NCBI GenBank assembly: GCA_016213235.1
Contig: JACRBE010000013.1
Coordinates: forward strand, 1 to 54,018
DNA length: 54,018 nt
Direction: 5' to 3'
DNA from: Chlamydiales bacterium
Lineage (GTDB): Bacteria > Chlamydiota > Chlamydiia > Chlamydiales > JACRBE01
A model generated the notes under the pieces. It worked only from the letters and a program-made list of their open reading frames with translations, did not search any database and had not been told where the DNA came from. Within the stretch, counting starts at the first letter, position 1, and each line of letters opens with the position of its first letter. Made by a program: the position numbers and the translations under genes. This document shows, in pieces, positions 9,206 to 19,378 of this stretch.

Positions 9206-10588
9206 TTTCGAATTTTTTGCCAGGAAAGCAGCTTGCATACGAATTAAAACACTAGAATGATCTATATCAGAGCTCTCACTTCCCAATATTCCCATATAGG
9301 TGAGAATATGGCTCACATCATCTTTAGAAAGAGAGCCTTGTTTTACTTTTGGCCCGGTAAAATGATCGAATATGTATTGAGTCCTCTCTGTGTCATCGGG
9401 GATATGAGTTTCTAACGCTTCATATAAAAAGGAACTCATCTCAGTACTCCTTGGAAACTCTGGAGCATTTAAAAAAGATTGTACCACTTCAATGATATAA
9501 ACCGGTGTATATGCTGCTGTAAGTGCATGAAGCACCGGGAGAGGCTTTAAGCGGCTTTTCTGGTGAACTCTTCCTACATACTGGTCTGTTGTTTTGGCAA
9601 GCCCAAGTATTTCACCATAAAAATCTTGGATTGTACTGTGTTCATGCCACATGTAGCTTTCATCTGGCTGAGCATAAGTTTGTAAAATCATATCTTTTGT
9701 TGCTTGTAGGAGAGCAAGAATTCTTCCTTCCAGAGGAGCTCCATTAAAAATATAAGAATCGATGATCTCTTGAAATTCTCTATCCCATGTATCAGAGCAT
9801 TTTCCTTCTAATTCATAAATTTTTGTTAAAATAATACCTTTTTCTCCTCTATAGCGCGTTTTATCCTTTTCACTTAAATTTGGTTGTTGTTCATCTAACA
9901 CCGTTTTAAGAATATAAACCAGTAATCGTCCTGCAGCTACAGCAGAGGATGGAAGAGCAACCACTACCTGTGATAGTTGTGTGTATTCACTGGAAGTTTC
10001 GCCTAAAATAGCTTTACCGACTTCTAGAACCTGGTCAAAAGATATAATAAACTCTTCAATAACGTCCTCTTCTCCATCCGGTTTACTTACGGGTTTAAAT
10101 TCTTTTTGATCCGCTGCCTCCTGAACCATTGCTTGGTCAAGAGTTATAACCGGTATCTTGGATAAACCATCAGCACTAATATGGAGATTGGTATAATCAA
10201 TAGGAGATCCTACTATTTCTGTTACAGGACCAATTGGGCTAGAAGTTGAAGGACTTGTTGGGTCAATACTATCTTCATCGGTTTCTGCCGGACCATCGAT
10301 AAAAGATAATGTTTCGTTAAAAAGAGTGGTGATTCTACGGTCAGAGTTGCATAGTTTTGTAGCCAGGAAAATAATAGTTGGGATTACTGTTACCAACATC
10401 AGAATACCAAGCATTATATCAATAATCTTTTCTACCGCAGAATAAGATTCTGCATGTGTTACCTGATTATTGACATCTAGTTCAATATGATATATCGAGC
10501 CACATCCAATAGTTCTTATCCCAGCGCCACATAGTTGCAAGCAAGGAGGCTCTATATTTAAAGTATTTGTTATATAAAAACACGACAT
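9182..10588 (-). CDS. Effector-like membrane-anchored protein, paralog 3
   Basis: MSCFYITN start; CSDTWDREF and MWHEHSTIQDFYGEILGL motifs. Confidence 0.7.
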   Translation of the reverse strand: MSCFYITNTLNIEPPCLQLCGAGIRTIGCGSIYHIELDVNNQVTHAESYSAVEKIIDIMLGILMLVTVIPTIIFLATKLCNSDRRITTLFNETLSFIDGPAETDEDSIDPTSPSTSSPIGPVTEIVGSPIDYTNLHISADGLSKIPVITLDQAMVQEAADQKEFKPVSKPDGEEDVIEEFIISFDQVLEVGKAILGETSSEYTQLSQVVVALPSSAVAAGRLLVYILKTVLDEQQPNLSEKDKTRYRGEKGIILTKIYELEGKCSDTWDREFQEIIDSYIFNGAPLEGRILALLQATKDMILQTYAQPDESYMWHEHSTIQDFYGEILGLAKTTDQYVGRVHQKSRLKPLPVLHALTAAYTPVYIIEVVQSFLNAPEFPRSTEMSSFLYEALETHIPDDTERTQYIFDHFTGPKVKQGSLSKDDVSHILTYMGILGSESSDIDHSSVLIRMQAAFLAKNSKLYRGVVF

Positions 10589-10695
10589 ATGAATATTGTT
10601 TATTAATTTTGTGTCGTTAATATACAACATTTACATGGTTTTTTTGGGAATAAAATATTCTTTTTGTTATAAAAGATATTTTATTCTTTTATAAC

Positions 10696-12012
10696 ATGGA
10701 CATGATGATCGATATAAAATATTTTTTTGAAAAAATAAAAAAACTAAACCCTGTAGGGTATAGTTTTGATAGTAGGCTTGTTAAACCAAATGAGGTCTTT
10801 TTTGCCATTAGGGGAGAGAAGGTCGATGGCAATGATTATGCAATGGAGGCAATTCACAAGGGAGCTTTAGCTGCCTTTGTAGATAAAAAAGAGATCTCAG
10901 ATGAAAAGAAAAATATTTTTTATGTAGAAAATGTCACTCTTTTTTTACAGCAGATGGCAAAATATAAAATTGCCAAGGTAAAACCAACGATCATTGGTAT
11001 TACCGGCTCTGTTGGGAAAACGACAACAAAAGAGTTTATTTACCAATTGTTATCACCTTTTATTTCTATTGTAAAACCAGTCGGGTCCTTTAATTCCCAA
11101 ATTACTCTTCCTATTACGATACTTAACTTCCCGGAAAGCAGTAGCTTTTATTTGCTGGAAATGGGAGTTTCTCAAGTAGGGGAGATGGATAAACTTATTA
11201 ATATAGCCCCCCCTGATATTGGGGTTATTACCAATATCAGTCACTCCCATGTAGAATATTTTGGTAGCAAAGAGGCAATTGCCAGGGAAAAGACAAAGAT
11301 CTTACTTCCATCTACTAAGTTAAAGCTTGTTCATATCAGTGTAAAAGAGTATTTGGATCAGGGTGATTGCACTACCTATGGTTTAAAAGGCTCTAGTGCT
11401 GACAACACTAGTGTTGATATAGAATATGAGGTAAAAGATAATCAGGTAAGGCTTTTTATAGAAGAGGAGGTAACAGATTGGATCACACTCCCATTTACCT
11501 TTGCCCATTTCATTCAAAATGCTGTGGCAGCTATTATTATCGCAAGATATCTGGGGCTTTCTTTCAAGCAAATAGAGCAGCAGGCACTATTGCTACAATC
11601 TTATCATCATCGCTGTAAGATCATTAATAAAAAAGAGATCATCTTTTTTGATGATTGTTATAATGCTTCAGAGGTCTCATTTAAAGCAGCTATCGATAGC
11701 TTGCCAAAACCGGCTCCCGGTCATCAAACAATAGCCATTATAGGCTCTGTTAAAGAACAGGGATCTTTTGCTTTTACAGCGCATCAGCAAATAGGCAACT
11801 ATGCACTTGCTAAAATAGATACAGTATTTTGTAAAGGGGAGGAAACGCTTCCGATTGTAGAAATGTTTAAAAAAAATAATAAACCTGCGTATTATTTTGA
11901 AGATAAACAAGATATCTTGGCTAAGTTAAAAGCGATAGCACAGCCGGGAGATGTTGTTCTTGTTAAAGGATCAAAATCTCACCAACTATGGGAAATAATA
12001 GAGCAGTTTTAA
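10696..12012 (+). CDS. murF: UDP-N-acetylmuramoyl-tripeptide--D-Ala-D-Ala ligase
   Basis: FDSR, GITGSVGKTTTKE, LEMG, DCYNAS, VLVKGS; first gene of the dcw cluster. Confidence 0.95.
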   Translation: MDMMIDIKYFFEKIKKLNPVGYSFDSRLVKPNEVFFAIRGEKVDGNDYAMEAIHKGALAAFVDKKEISDEKKNIFYVENVTLFLQQMAKYKIAKVKPTIIGITGSVGKTTTKEFIYQLLSPFISIVKPVGSFNSQITLPITILNFPESSSFYLLEMGVSQVGEMDKLINIAPPDIGVITNISHSHVEYFGSKEAIAREKTKILLPSTKLKLVHISVKEYLDQGDCTTYGLKGSSADNTSVDIEYEVKDNQVRLFIEEEVTDWITLPFTFAHFIQNAVAAIIIARYLGLSFKQIEQQALLLQSYHHRCKIINKKEIIFFDDCYNASEVSFKAAIDSLPKPAPGHQTIAIIGSVKEQGSFAFTAHQQIGNYALAKIDTVFCKGEETLPIVEMFKKNNKPAYYFEDKQDILAKLKAIAQPGDVVLVKGSKSHQLWEIIEQF

Positions 12013-12016
12013 ATCT

Positions 12017-13186
12017 ATGATAACATTTATTTTGCAATCGTTAGAAGCTATTTTACATCTAAAAATACCTTCTGTTTTTTTCTATACATCAACAAAAATG
12101 ATCTTAAGTGCACTGAGCAGTTTACTTATTACTATTTTGTTTGGTCCTAGCTTCATTAAGAAGTTATATGAGCTGAAAATAGGACAGCATATCAGAAAAG
12201 AAGAATGTCCTATGCTTGGTAAGCTACATGAAAAAAAACAAAACACCCCTACGATGGGTGGTATTTTAATGTTATTTGCTATTCTCGTGTCTTCTTTTTT
12301 ATGGATGGATTTTTCTGTTGGATTTACCTGGATATTGATCATAGCAACAATTTCTCTTGGTCTAGTCGGTGGCGCTGATGATTATTTGAAATTAAAATAC
12401 AAAAATGCCAAGGGGCTTGCCTCTAGAAAAAAATTTAAGTTTCAGCTATTGATTGCAGCTTTAATCTCTTTATATTTGCTACTCCCATTTGTTCATATTG
12501 GATTTGGAACTCCAATTGCAAAAACAAGTGTAATGCAATTTACAAAAACAGAGTATTTCGGCATGTATTTTCTTCCATTTATTAAAGAACCAATACTTTG
12601 TTTAGGTGGTATGGGTCTTCTTTTTAGCTTTTTCTTTTTTATTTTTGTGATTACAGGTGCATCTAATGCGGTTAATTTGACAGATGGACTAGATGGCCTG
12701 GCGTCTGGATTGCTCATGATGTGCTCTCTTGTATTTGCAATTATCGCCTTTTTAATGAATCATATTACTATTTGTAAATACCTAAACATCTTGTACCTGG
12801 AAGGCAGCGGTGAAATTGCTATCTTTCTTTGTGCTATGTTTGGATCGTGCCTTGGCTTTTTGTGGTATAACGGATCCCCCGCTCAAGTATTCATGGGAGA
12901 TATTGGCTCTCTTTCTCTTGGTGGATTGCTTGGTATCTGCGCTATTTTACTTCGTAGAGAACTACTCCTTGCTTTAGTAGGAGCGCTATTTGTCATCGAA
13001 GCTCTTTCCGTGATCATACAGGTGATTTATTTCCGCATGACAAAAGGAAAAAGAATCTTTTTATGCTCTCCTATTCATCATCATTTTGAGTACAAAGGAT
13101 ATGCAGAAACAAAAATTGTTTTGCGTTTTTGGATTGTAGGACTTATCCTTGCCATGATTGGAATAGCGTCAATCAAGTTTCAATAA
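12017..13186 (+). CDS. mraY: Phospho-N-acetylmuramoyl-pentapeptide transferase
   Basis: TPTMGG, DDYLK, NAVNLTDGLDGLA, VFMGDIGS, PIHHHFE. Confidence 0.97.
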   Translation: MITFILQSLEAILHLKIPSVFFYTSTKMILSALSSLLITILFGPSFIKKLYELKIGQHIRKEECPMLGKLHEKKQNTPTMGGILMLFAILVSSFLWMDFSVGFTWILIIATISLGLVGGADDYLKLKYKNAKGLASRKKFKFQLLIAALISLYLLLPFVHIGFGTPIAKTSVMQFTKTEYFGMYFLPFIKEPILCLGGMGLLFSFFFFIFVITGASNAVNLTDGLDGLASGLLMMCSLVFAIIAFLMNHITICKYLNILYLEGSGEIAIFLCAMFGSCLGFLWYNGSPAQVFMGDIGSLSLGGLLGICAILLRRELLLALVGALFVIEALSVIIQVIYFRMTKGKRIFLCSPIHHHFEYKGYAETKIVLRFWIVGLILAMIGIASIKFQ

Positions 13187-13187
13187 T

Positions 13188-14357
13188 ATGCGTATTTTAA
13201 TTCTTGGACTAGGAATCAGTGGATCTGCTGCTCTAGAGGTGTTATTAGAGCAAGGTCATGATATTGTTATTACAGATAAAAATACAAAAAACAACCTAAA
13301 GATTGTTCCTGAAGAGAAAATCAACGTAAATGAATTTGATGTTGTTGTGTCGTCTCCAGGAATTAGATGGACACATCCTTTATATGCAGCAGCAATTGCG
13401 AATCAAATTCCTATTACCGGAGAAATGGAAATAGGCCTTTCCCTCCTGCCAAAAAACCAAAAGGTAATTGGAATTACGGGATCTAATGGTAAAACAACGA
13501 CCACTTCTTTAATTACGCATATCCTAAACGTTGCAGGTAAAAAGGCTTTAGCATTAGGTAATATTGGAAAACCTCTATGTGCACATCTAAAAGATATTCA
13601 GGGCGATGAAATATTAGTTTGTGAACTCTCTTCGTTTCAATTGGAAACCATGAAAACAAAGATCTTTGATGTGATAGCAATTACCAATATCACAGAAAAC
13701 CACTTAGATGCATATTCCTCATTCGAAGATTATAAACAAGCAAAATTGCATCTCCTTACTCTTGGTAAGGAAGATAGTATCGCGTTCATTAGCAGTGAGA
13801 TAAAAGATGATTGCAATCACTCTCATGTAACAGTTGTAGATAATAACTGCACTAGCTTTGCTACAGGTATTTGTAACCACCTTGGAATAAAAGATAATGA
13901 TATAAAACAGGCGCTTGCGACATTTAAAAAACCACCACATCGCATGGAGTTTATAGCAGAAATAAGTGGCATCACCTTTATTAATGACAGTAAATCTACA
14001 ACAGTACATTCTACTATTTATGCGGTGCAACAATTAAAAAAGCCTATTATCTTACTAGCAGGAGGAAAATGGAAAGGTTTTTCCTTTTCCCTTTGGAAAA
14101 CAGCCTTATTTCCCTATATAAAAAAGATCATAGCGTTTGGAGAGAGTGCAACAAAAATCCGAGATGATGTATATTGCCATATTGATGTAGATATAACAGA
14201 TAATCTTCAAGGTGCACTGCATTTGGCTATAGATAAGGCAAGAGTAGGCGATTGCATATTGCTATCACCAGGATGCTCCAGCTATGACCAATTTAAACAT
14301 TTTGAAGATAGAGGCGATTGTTTTGTGCGATTAGTACAAGACTTAAAAAAGGAGTAA
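13188..14357 (+). CDS. murD: UDP-N-acetylmuramoyl-L-Ala--D-Glu ligase
   Basis: GLGISG, SPGI, GITGSNGKTTT, ELSSFQLE, NDSKST, LLSPGCSSYDQF. Confidence 0.96.
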   Translation: MRILILGLGISGSAALEVLLEQGHDIVITDKNTKNNLKIVPEEKINVNEFDVVVSSPGIRWTHPLYAAAIANQIPITGEMEIGLSLLPKNQKVIGITGSNGKTTTTSLITHILNVAGKKALALGNIGKPLCAHLKDIQGDEILVCELSSFQLETMKTKIFDVIAITNITENHLDAYSSFEDYKQAKLHLLTLGKEDSIAFISSEIKDDCNHSHVTVVDNNCTSFATGICNHLGIKDNDIKQALATFKKPPHRMEFIAEISGITFINDSKSTTVHSTIYAVQQLKKPIILLAGGKWKGFSFSLWKTALFPYIKKIIAFGESATKIRDDVYCHIDVDITDNLQGALHLAIDKARVGDCILLSPGCSSYDQFKHFEDRGDCFVRLVQDLKKE

Positions 14358-14365
14358 ATCGATAT

Positions 14366-15055
14366 ATGTCAAGAAAAGATACCATTCTAATTGCAATATT
14401 GGTAAATGTTGGTGTTCTAGTTGTATTGTTTATTAGCTCGATTAAACATGACCACTTTATCGTTACTCCCTCCGGTGAAGTAAGAATGGAAACAAAATCG
14501 TTTGCTAGTAATCAAAAACAAAACCTCGATCCAGTAGATCTTGTCCTTTCTCAATATGAGGAAAAACAAAAAAATGTAGAGCAAATACTTCCTACTACGT
14601 TAGAAAAACAAAAAGAGGAAAATCAAGCTAGCCTTGCGCAAGAAATAGCAGAAATAAGAGTAGAGCCAAAAAAAGAGATAGCTCCATTAGAGCAACAAAT
14701 GACATTTACAGCCTCTCGAGATATGATTGAAGTCGAAATTAAAGCAGGCGACGTTTTAGAAAAAATTGCAAAGCAATATAATACAACAGTAGAAGAAATC
14801 AAAAGAGTCAATCAACTATCTTCTCATCATCTACAAATTGGCCAGGTGATTTATGTCCCACGATCAACAAATAAACCGGCAGCTACGCCACAAAAAACAG
14901 GGGAAGCAGAATACTATATCGTAAAAAATGGGGATAATCCTTGGACCATTGCTATGAAAAACCATTTAAAAATTGAAGAATTGCTAAGACTAAATAACCT
15001 TGATGAATCAAAAGCAAAGAAGCTAAAACCAGGTGACAAATTACGTATTAAATGA
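14366..15055 (+). CDS. LysM peptidoglycan-binding protein (chlamydial NlpD-like)
   Basis: N-terminal TM segment MSRKDTILIAILVN and two LysM repeats (GDVLEKIAK; GDNPWTIA); position between murD and ftsW. Confidence 0.9.
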   Translation: MSRKDTILIAILVNVGVLVVLFISSIKHDHFIVTPSGEVRMETKSFASNQKQNLDPVDLVLSQYEEKQKNVEQILPTTLEKQKEENQASLAQEIAEIRVEPKKEIAPLEQQMTFTASRDMIEVEIKAGDVLEKIAKQYNTTVEEIKRVNQLSSHHLQIGQVIYVPRSTNKPAATPQKTGEAEYYIVKNGDNPWTIAMKNHLKIEELLRLNNLDESKAKKLKPGDKLRIK

Positions 15056-16185
15056 GATCTATCTTTTCTAGATTATCCTTTTCTTCTTATGGGCTCTTGT
15101 TTTGTGTCTTATCCCTGTTCTCTTTAGGACTTTTGATGATATATAACACCACATCAGCAGAAGCCCTCGATTTTGAGAGAATCGATAAGGTATATCATGC
15201 AACGGTTAAACAATCAATTTTTGCCCTTTTTGGTATAGTCTTAGCATCATTTACTTTTATGTATGGTATAGAAAAGCTCTATAACAATATCTTTAGCCTC
15301 TTCTTTTTGTGGGTGCTTGTCCTGTTCTTTACATTGGTTCCTCATATTGGGATGGAGCTTAATGGAGCAAGAAGATGGATCAAAATTATAGGTATCTCTA
15401 TACAACCATCAGAATTTGCAAAAATAATTATTCCTATTTATTTTATGCGCATTGGATTGGAGACAAAACTAGACCTTAAAACATTTCTAAAATATTTAGG
15501 AATTGTCTTCATTCCCATCTTTTTCATCCTGGTAGAGCCAGATAATGGCACTGCTCTCATCATCATTGCAACCCTGATGACACTGTTTTTCTTGTTAAGA
15601 ATACCTATGATATATTGGCTAGTTCCTTTAGTAGTACTTGTGTTGCTCGGTGGTAGTTATGCGATAAGATCTCCTCATGTGCAAAATCGTATACAGATTT
15701 ACCTTCATCCAGAAGAGGATTTGCTAGGGAAAGGACATCAGCCGTTTCAAGCAAAAATAGCCGCTGGTTCCGGAGGTGTATTTGGCAGGGGACTTGGGTC
15801 TAGCCTGCAAAAACTGAATTATCTACCGGAAGCTAGAAGCGATTATATCGCTGCTATTTTTGCAGAAGAATTTGGATTTATTGGAATTGTATTTTTACTC
15901 TCCATGTATCTTTTCCTGGTGGCTTTTGGATTTCAAATAGCATTCAAAGCTGTAAGTGAAAAAGCCTATTTAATTGCAGCAATACTTACCTTTTTAATTG
16001 GATTTCAGGCATTCCTTAATTTAGGAGTAGTTTCAGGACTATTACCAAGTAAAGGCACCAACCTTCCTTTCTTCAGTCAAGGAGGGTCTTCTCTTTGCGC
16101 TAATTTTATCATTATTGCACTGTTATTGAGCATCGATTATAGTTCGGTAAGAAAACGAAATCTTCTTTTTTTATGCCAAAAATAA
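15052..16185 (+). CDS. ftsW: SEDS peptidoglycan glycosyltransferase FtsW
   Basis: NGARRWI, QPSEFAK, EPDNG, YLPEARSD, LPSKGTNLPFFSQGGSS. Confidence 0.95.
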   Translation: MRSIFSRLSFSSYGLLFCVLSLFSLGLLMIYNTTSAEALDFERIDKVYHATVKQSIFALFGIVLASFTFMYGIEKLYNNIFSLFFLWVLVLFFTLVPHIGMELNGARRWIKIIGISIQPSEFAKIIIPIYFMRIGLETKLDLKTFLKYLGIVFIPIFFILVEPDNGTALIIIATLMTLFFLLRIPMIYWLVPLVVLVLLGGSYAIRSPHVQNRIQIYLHPEEDLLGKGHQPFQAKIAAGSGGVFGRGLGSSLQKLNYLPEARSDYIAAIFAEEFGFIGIVFLLSMYLFLVAFGFQIAFKAVSEKAYLIAAILTFLIGFQAFLNLGVVSGLLPSKGTNLPFFSQGGSSLCANFIIIALLLSIDYSSVRKRNLLFLCQK

Positions 16186-17210
16186 TACTCGCCGTAGGTG
16201 GTAGTGGAGGACATGTTCTTCCTGCGATTGCTTTAGCTAAACAGCTAGGAAATAGTGCGATATTAGTTGGTGTGGATCTACATTCCAACCCATATATTCT
16301 AAACACCTCAGTTGAGTATCAGTCAATACAAGGAAATACGATATCGCTGCGACTATCCTCTAAAAATATTAAAGCGGTTTCTCAAGTGATTAAGGGTTTT
16401 ATGCAGGCATGGAAAATATTAAAAAAACACACACCTGCCAGTGTGATTGGTTTTGGTAGCTTTCATAGTTTCCCAACACTACTTGCAGCTCTTTTTTTAA
16501 AGATTCCTATTATTTTATATTCTCCAGATGCTTCGCTGGGGCTTGTAAATCGCATCTTTTTCCCTTTTGCTAAAGTAGTAGGGATGTATTTTCCCCTCTC
16601 TCATCCAAAAGTGGAAAAATTAAAAATAGAATATACCACAAGCACTCTATCTGTAGAGCAGGCAAGGTCGTATTTTGGACTAGACCCTAATATTCCCACT
16701 CTTTTAGTATTTGGAGGATCACAAGGGGCCCTTTCTATTAATTCTTTTATCATTGATTTAATAGGAAAAATCGATTTTCAAATCATTCATCTTGTCGGCT
16801 CTAAAGAAAATATCGATGTAGTAAAGCAGCAATATAAAAAACACCACTTCAAAAGTTGTGTCAAGGCTTTTGAAGAAAACATGAACATCGCTTACCTAGC
16901 TGCAGACATTGCTATTACAAGAGCGGGAGCTAGTACCATTAAAGAACTCATTAGCGTAAATTTACCTGCTATTGTTATTCCTTACCCATATGCAAAGCAG
17001 CATCAAATAGAAAATGGGAAGTTTTTTACAAAGATAGTTCAGGGGGGATTTTGTACCCTGCAACAGGAATTTCCAGGGTCTAGTTTAAAGCAAATAGCTG
17101 AGCTATATGCCCAAAGAGATAATCTGAAAGAAAATATTAAAAAGTTTCATCAAAATGATAAAGGTTTTTATCTTCATCAAATTGTTAATAATGTATTGGG
17201 GACCAAATGA
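16173..17210 (+). CDS. murG: Undecaprenyl-PP-MurNAc-pentapeptide GlcNAc transferase
   Basis: GGSGGHVLPA, FGGSQGA, RAGAST, HQIEN. Confidence 0.96.
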   Translation: MPKIILAVGGSGGHVLPAIALAKQLGNSAILVGVDLHSNPYILNTSVEYQSIQGNTISLRLSSKNIKAVSQVIKGFMQAWKILKKHTPASVIGFGSFHSFPTLLAALFLKIPIILYSPDASLGLVNRIFFPFAKVVGMYFPLSHPKVEKLKIEYTTSTLSVEQARSYFGLDPNIPTLLVFGGSQGALSINSFIIDLIGKIDFQIIHLVGSKENIDVVKQQYKKHHFKSCVKAFEENMNIAYLAADIAITRAGASTIKELISVNLPAIVIPYPYAKQHQIENGKFFTKIVQGGFCTLQQEFPGSSLKQIAELYAQRDNLKENIKKFHQNDKGFYLHQIVNNVLGTK

Positions 17211-18550
17211 AAGAAATGCAGTATCACTTTATAGGTATCGGTGGAATAGGAATGAGTGCTCTCGCTCATATTCTTTTACAAAAAAGCATGAATGTTTCAG
17301 GTAGCGACATCCAGGAATCAAAAAAAGTAGATGATCTTAGAAAAAAAGGCGCTACTATTTATATTGGGCATATGGCAGAGCATGTAAAAGCGACAGATAT
17401 TGTCATTTATAGCAGCGCTGTAAAACATGATAATCCGGAACTAGTGCGCGCAAAGCAGCTCGGCTGTACCTTGTGGCATCGCGCAGATCTACTTCGATGG
17501 CTTGCAAGAAACCAACACGCACTTGTCGTTGTGGGTGCCCATGGCAAAACCACCACAACATCACTCTTGGCTCACGTCCTTTATATAGCAGGAAAAAATC
17601 CATCTTATGTTTTTGGAGGTCATTCTCCCTCTTTTATTACTAATGGACATGCTGGCAGTGGGGAATATTTTGTACTCGAAGGAGATGAAAGCGATGGCTC
17701 TTTATTAAAAACAGATCCTGTAGGAGCAATAGTAACCAATATCGATAGTGATCACCTGGATTTTTGGCAATCAAAACAGGCTCTTTGTCATGCTTATGTA
17801 AGCTTTATGCTAAAAGTAAAAGAAAAAGATCTATTGCTTTGGTGCGCGGATGACCCTTTTTTATCTATTATTAAACCAAGAGGTGTCAGCTATGGATTTT
17901 CTAAAGATGCCCATGTTAAAATTAAACAGGCAAAATATATAGATAATCGCTCTAAGTTCGATCTTGAATTTGATGGGAAAACATTCACGCAAATAGACCT
18001 TTCTATTGTAGGAGATCATAATGTCCTTAATGCTACTGCGGTATTTGCCCTTGCTATGAGATTGAATATTCCGGAAATCGATATACGTCTTAGTTTTTCT
18101 TCTTATAAAGGCGTACATCGTCGCCTGGAGAAAAAAGGACAATACCTCGGCGCTGATATTTATGATGATTATGCGCACCATCCAACAGAAATAGAAGCTA
18201 CGATTAAAGCTTTAAAACATCTTTCAAAAGATAAACGTGTTTGCGCAATATTTCAACCTCATCGCTATTCAAGAATGAAAACAATTGTACATGAATTTGC
18301 AGATGCATTTAAAGATGTAGATCATTTGATTGTAACAGATATCTATAGCGCAGGAGAATCACCGATTCCTGGTATCGACACAAATCTTGTGATGAAAACA
18401 ATAAAACCTAAGCAAAATCAATTGATAGAGTATATCGCAAGAAGAGATCTAAACGATCATTTAAAAGAGTTTATTCGATCAAATAATGTTGTAATTACCC
18501 TAGGAGCAGGTGATATTTGTGAGGTAAGTGAAGCCCTTGCTTCGTTTTAA
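17207..18550 (+). CDS. murC: UDP-N-acetylmuramate--L-Ala ligase (no Ddl domain)
   Basis: HFIGIGGIGMS, GAHGKTTT, EGDESD, DDYAHHPTE, FQPHRYSR, LGAGD; ends at 447 aa. Confidence 0.96.
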   Translation: MKEMQYHFIGIGGIGMSALAHILLQKSMNVSGSDIQESKKVDDLRKKGATIYIGHMAEHVKATDIVIYSSAVKHDNPELVRAKQLGCTLWHRADLLRWLARNQHALVVVGAHGKTTTTSLLAHVLYIAGKNPSYVFGGHSPSFITNGHAGSGEYFVLEGDESDGSLLKTDPVGAIVTNIDSDHLDFWQSKQALCHAYVSFMLKVKEKDLLLWCADDPFLSIIKPRGVSYGFSKDAHVKIKQAKYIDNRSKFDLEFDGKTFTQIDLSIVGDHNVLNATAVFALAMRLNIPEIDIRLSFSSYKGVHRRLEKKGQYLGADIYDDYAHHPTEIEATIKALKHLSKDKRVCAIFQPHRYSRMKTIVHEFADAFKDVDHLIVTDIYSAGESPIPGIDTNLVMKTIKPKQNQLIEYIARRDLNDHLKEFIRSNNVVITLGAGDICEVSEALASF

Positions 18551-18552
18551 TT

Positions 18553-19368
18553 ATGGTTGAAAAAAAGATAATACCACTTCCTATTGCGCTAGTGTGGATC
18601 ATCGCATCCACGCTCTTTACCTCTTTTTGTTTTTCTACCTCTGTTAAATATTGGAAACAATCTAAAATAAATCGATTTCAACATGCTATCTATCAAGCAG
18701 ATCGTGTTATTCAAACAGGTCCAGATAAAAAAGCGCTCTCTACAGTCTATTTATGTGAACTGATGCAACTCTCAAAAAATAATCCCATCCATTTAGATTT
18801 GATCGATACTAACCTTTTAAAAGAGGAATTGCTTCAATCTCCGGTTATCCAAACAGCGGAAGTGAAAAAAATCTATCCTTCTACAATTTATGTCGAGTAT
18901 ATCGTAAGAAGACCCTATGCCTTTGTATCAGATTATCAAAATGTAGCCGTAGATGAAGGGGGATTTTTATTTCCATTAAAACCATTTTTTACACCAAAAA
19001 GGCTAACGGAATTTTACTTTGGGAAGCCACATCTATCTCAAAAGTATATCGGAAATGAACCACAATTTCACCTCGCAAAAGAAATACTAGCGCTTATTCA
19101 GGGAGTTAAAGAATTAACCCCGGCATTTATTGAAAGGATCGATGTCTCTCATGCCACTCATCCAAGCTATGGCAGAAGAGAAATTGTGGTTGTTTTGCGC
19201 ATCTGCAACCATCACCACATTATCCGGCTTAATGCAAAAGAATACTCCAAAGCTCTTGGTAACTATATTCAACTTCTTCCCTCTTTACTGAAAGAAGAGC
19301 CTCATGAAGTCATTATTGATCTCCGCATATCGAATATCGCCTATATTGATGAGACAAAATTGCAATAA
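18553..19368 (+). CDS. ftsQ: Chlamydial FtsQ-like cell division protein
   Basis: N-terminal TM, POTRA-like SPVIQTAEVKKIYPSTIYVEY, C-terminal IDLR; dcw position. Confidence 0.75.
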   Translation: MVEKKIIPLPIALVWIIASTLFTSFCFSTSVKYWKQSKINRFQHAIYQADRVIQTGPDKKALSTVYLCELMQLSKNNPIHLDLIDTNLLKEELLQSPVIQTAEVKKIYPSTIYVEYIVRRPYAFVSDYQNVAVDEGGFLFPLKPFFTPKRLTEFYFGKPHLSQKYIGNEPQFHLAKEILALIQGVKELTPAFIERIDVSHATHPSYGRREIVVVLRICNHHHIIRLNAKEYSKALGNYIQLLPSLLKEEPHEVIIDLRISNIAYIDETKLQ

Positions 19369-19378
19369 GCTATTAGTG

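Noticed and set aside
3654..10588. tRNA-Cys-anchored genomic island
   Set aside because: The accessory genes lie 5' of the tRNA, and no duplicated tRNA 3' end or integrase was seen
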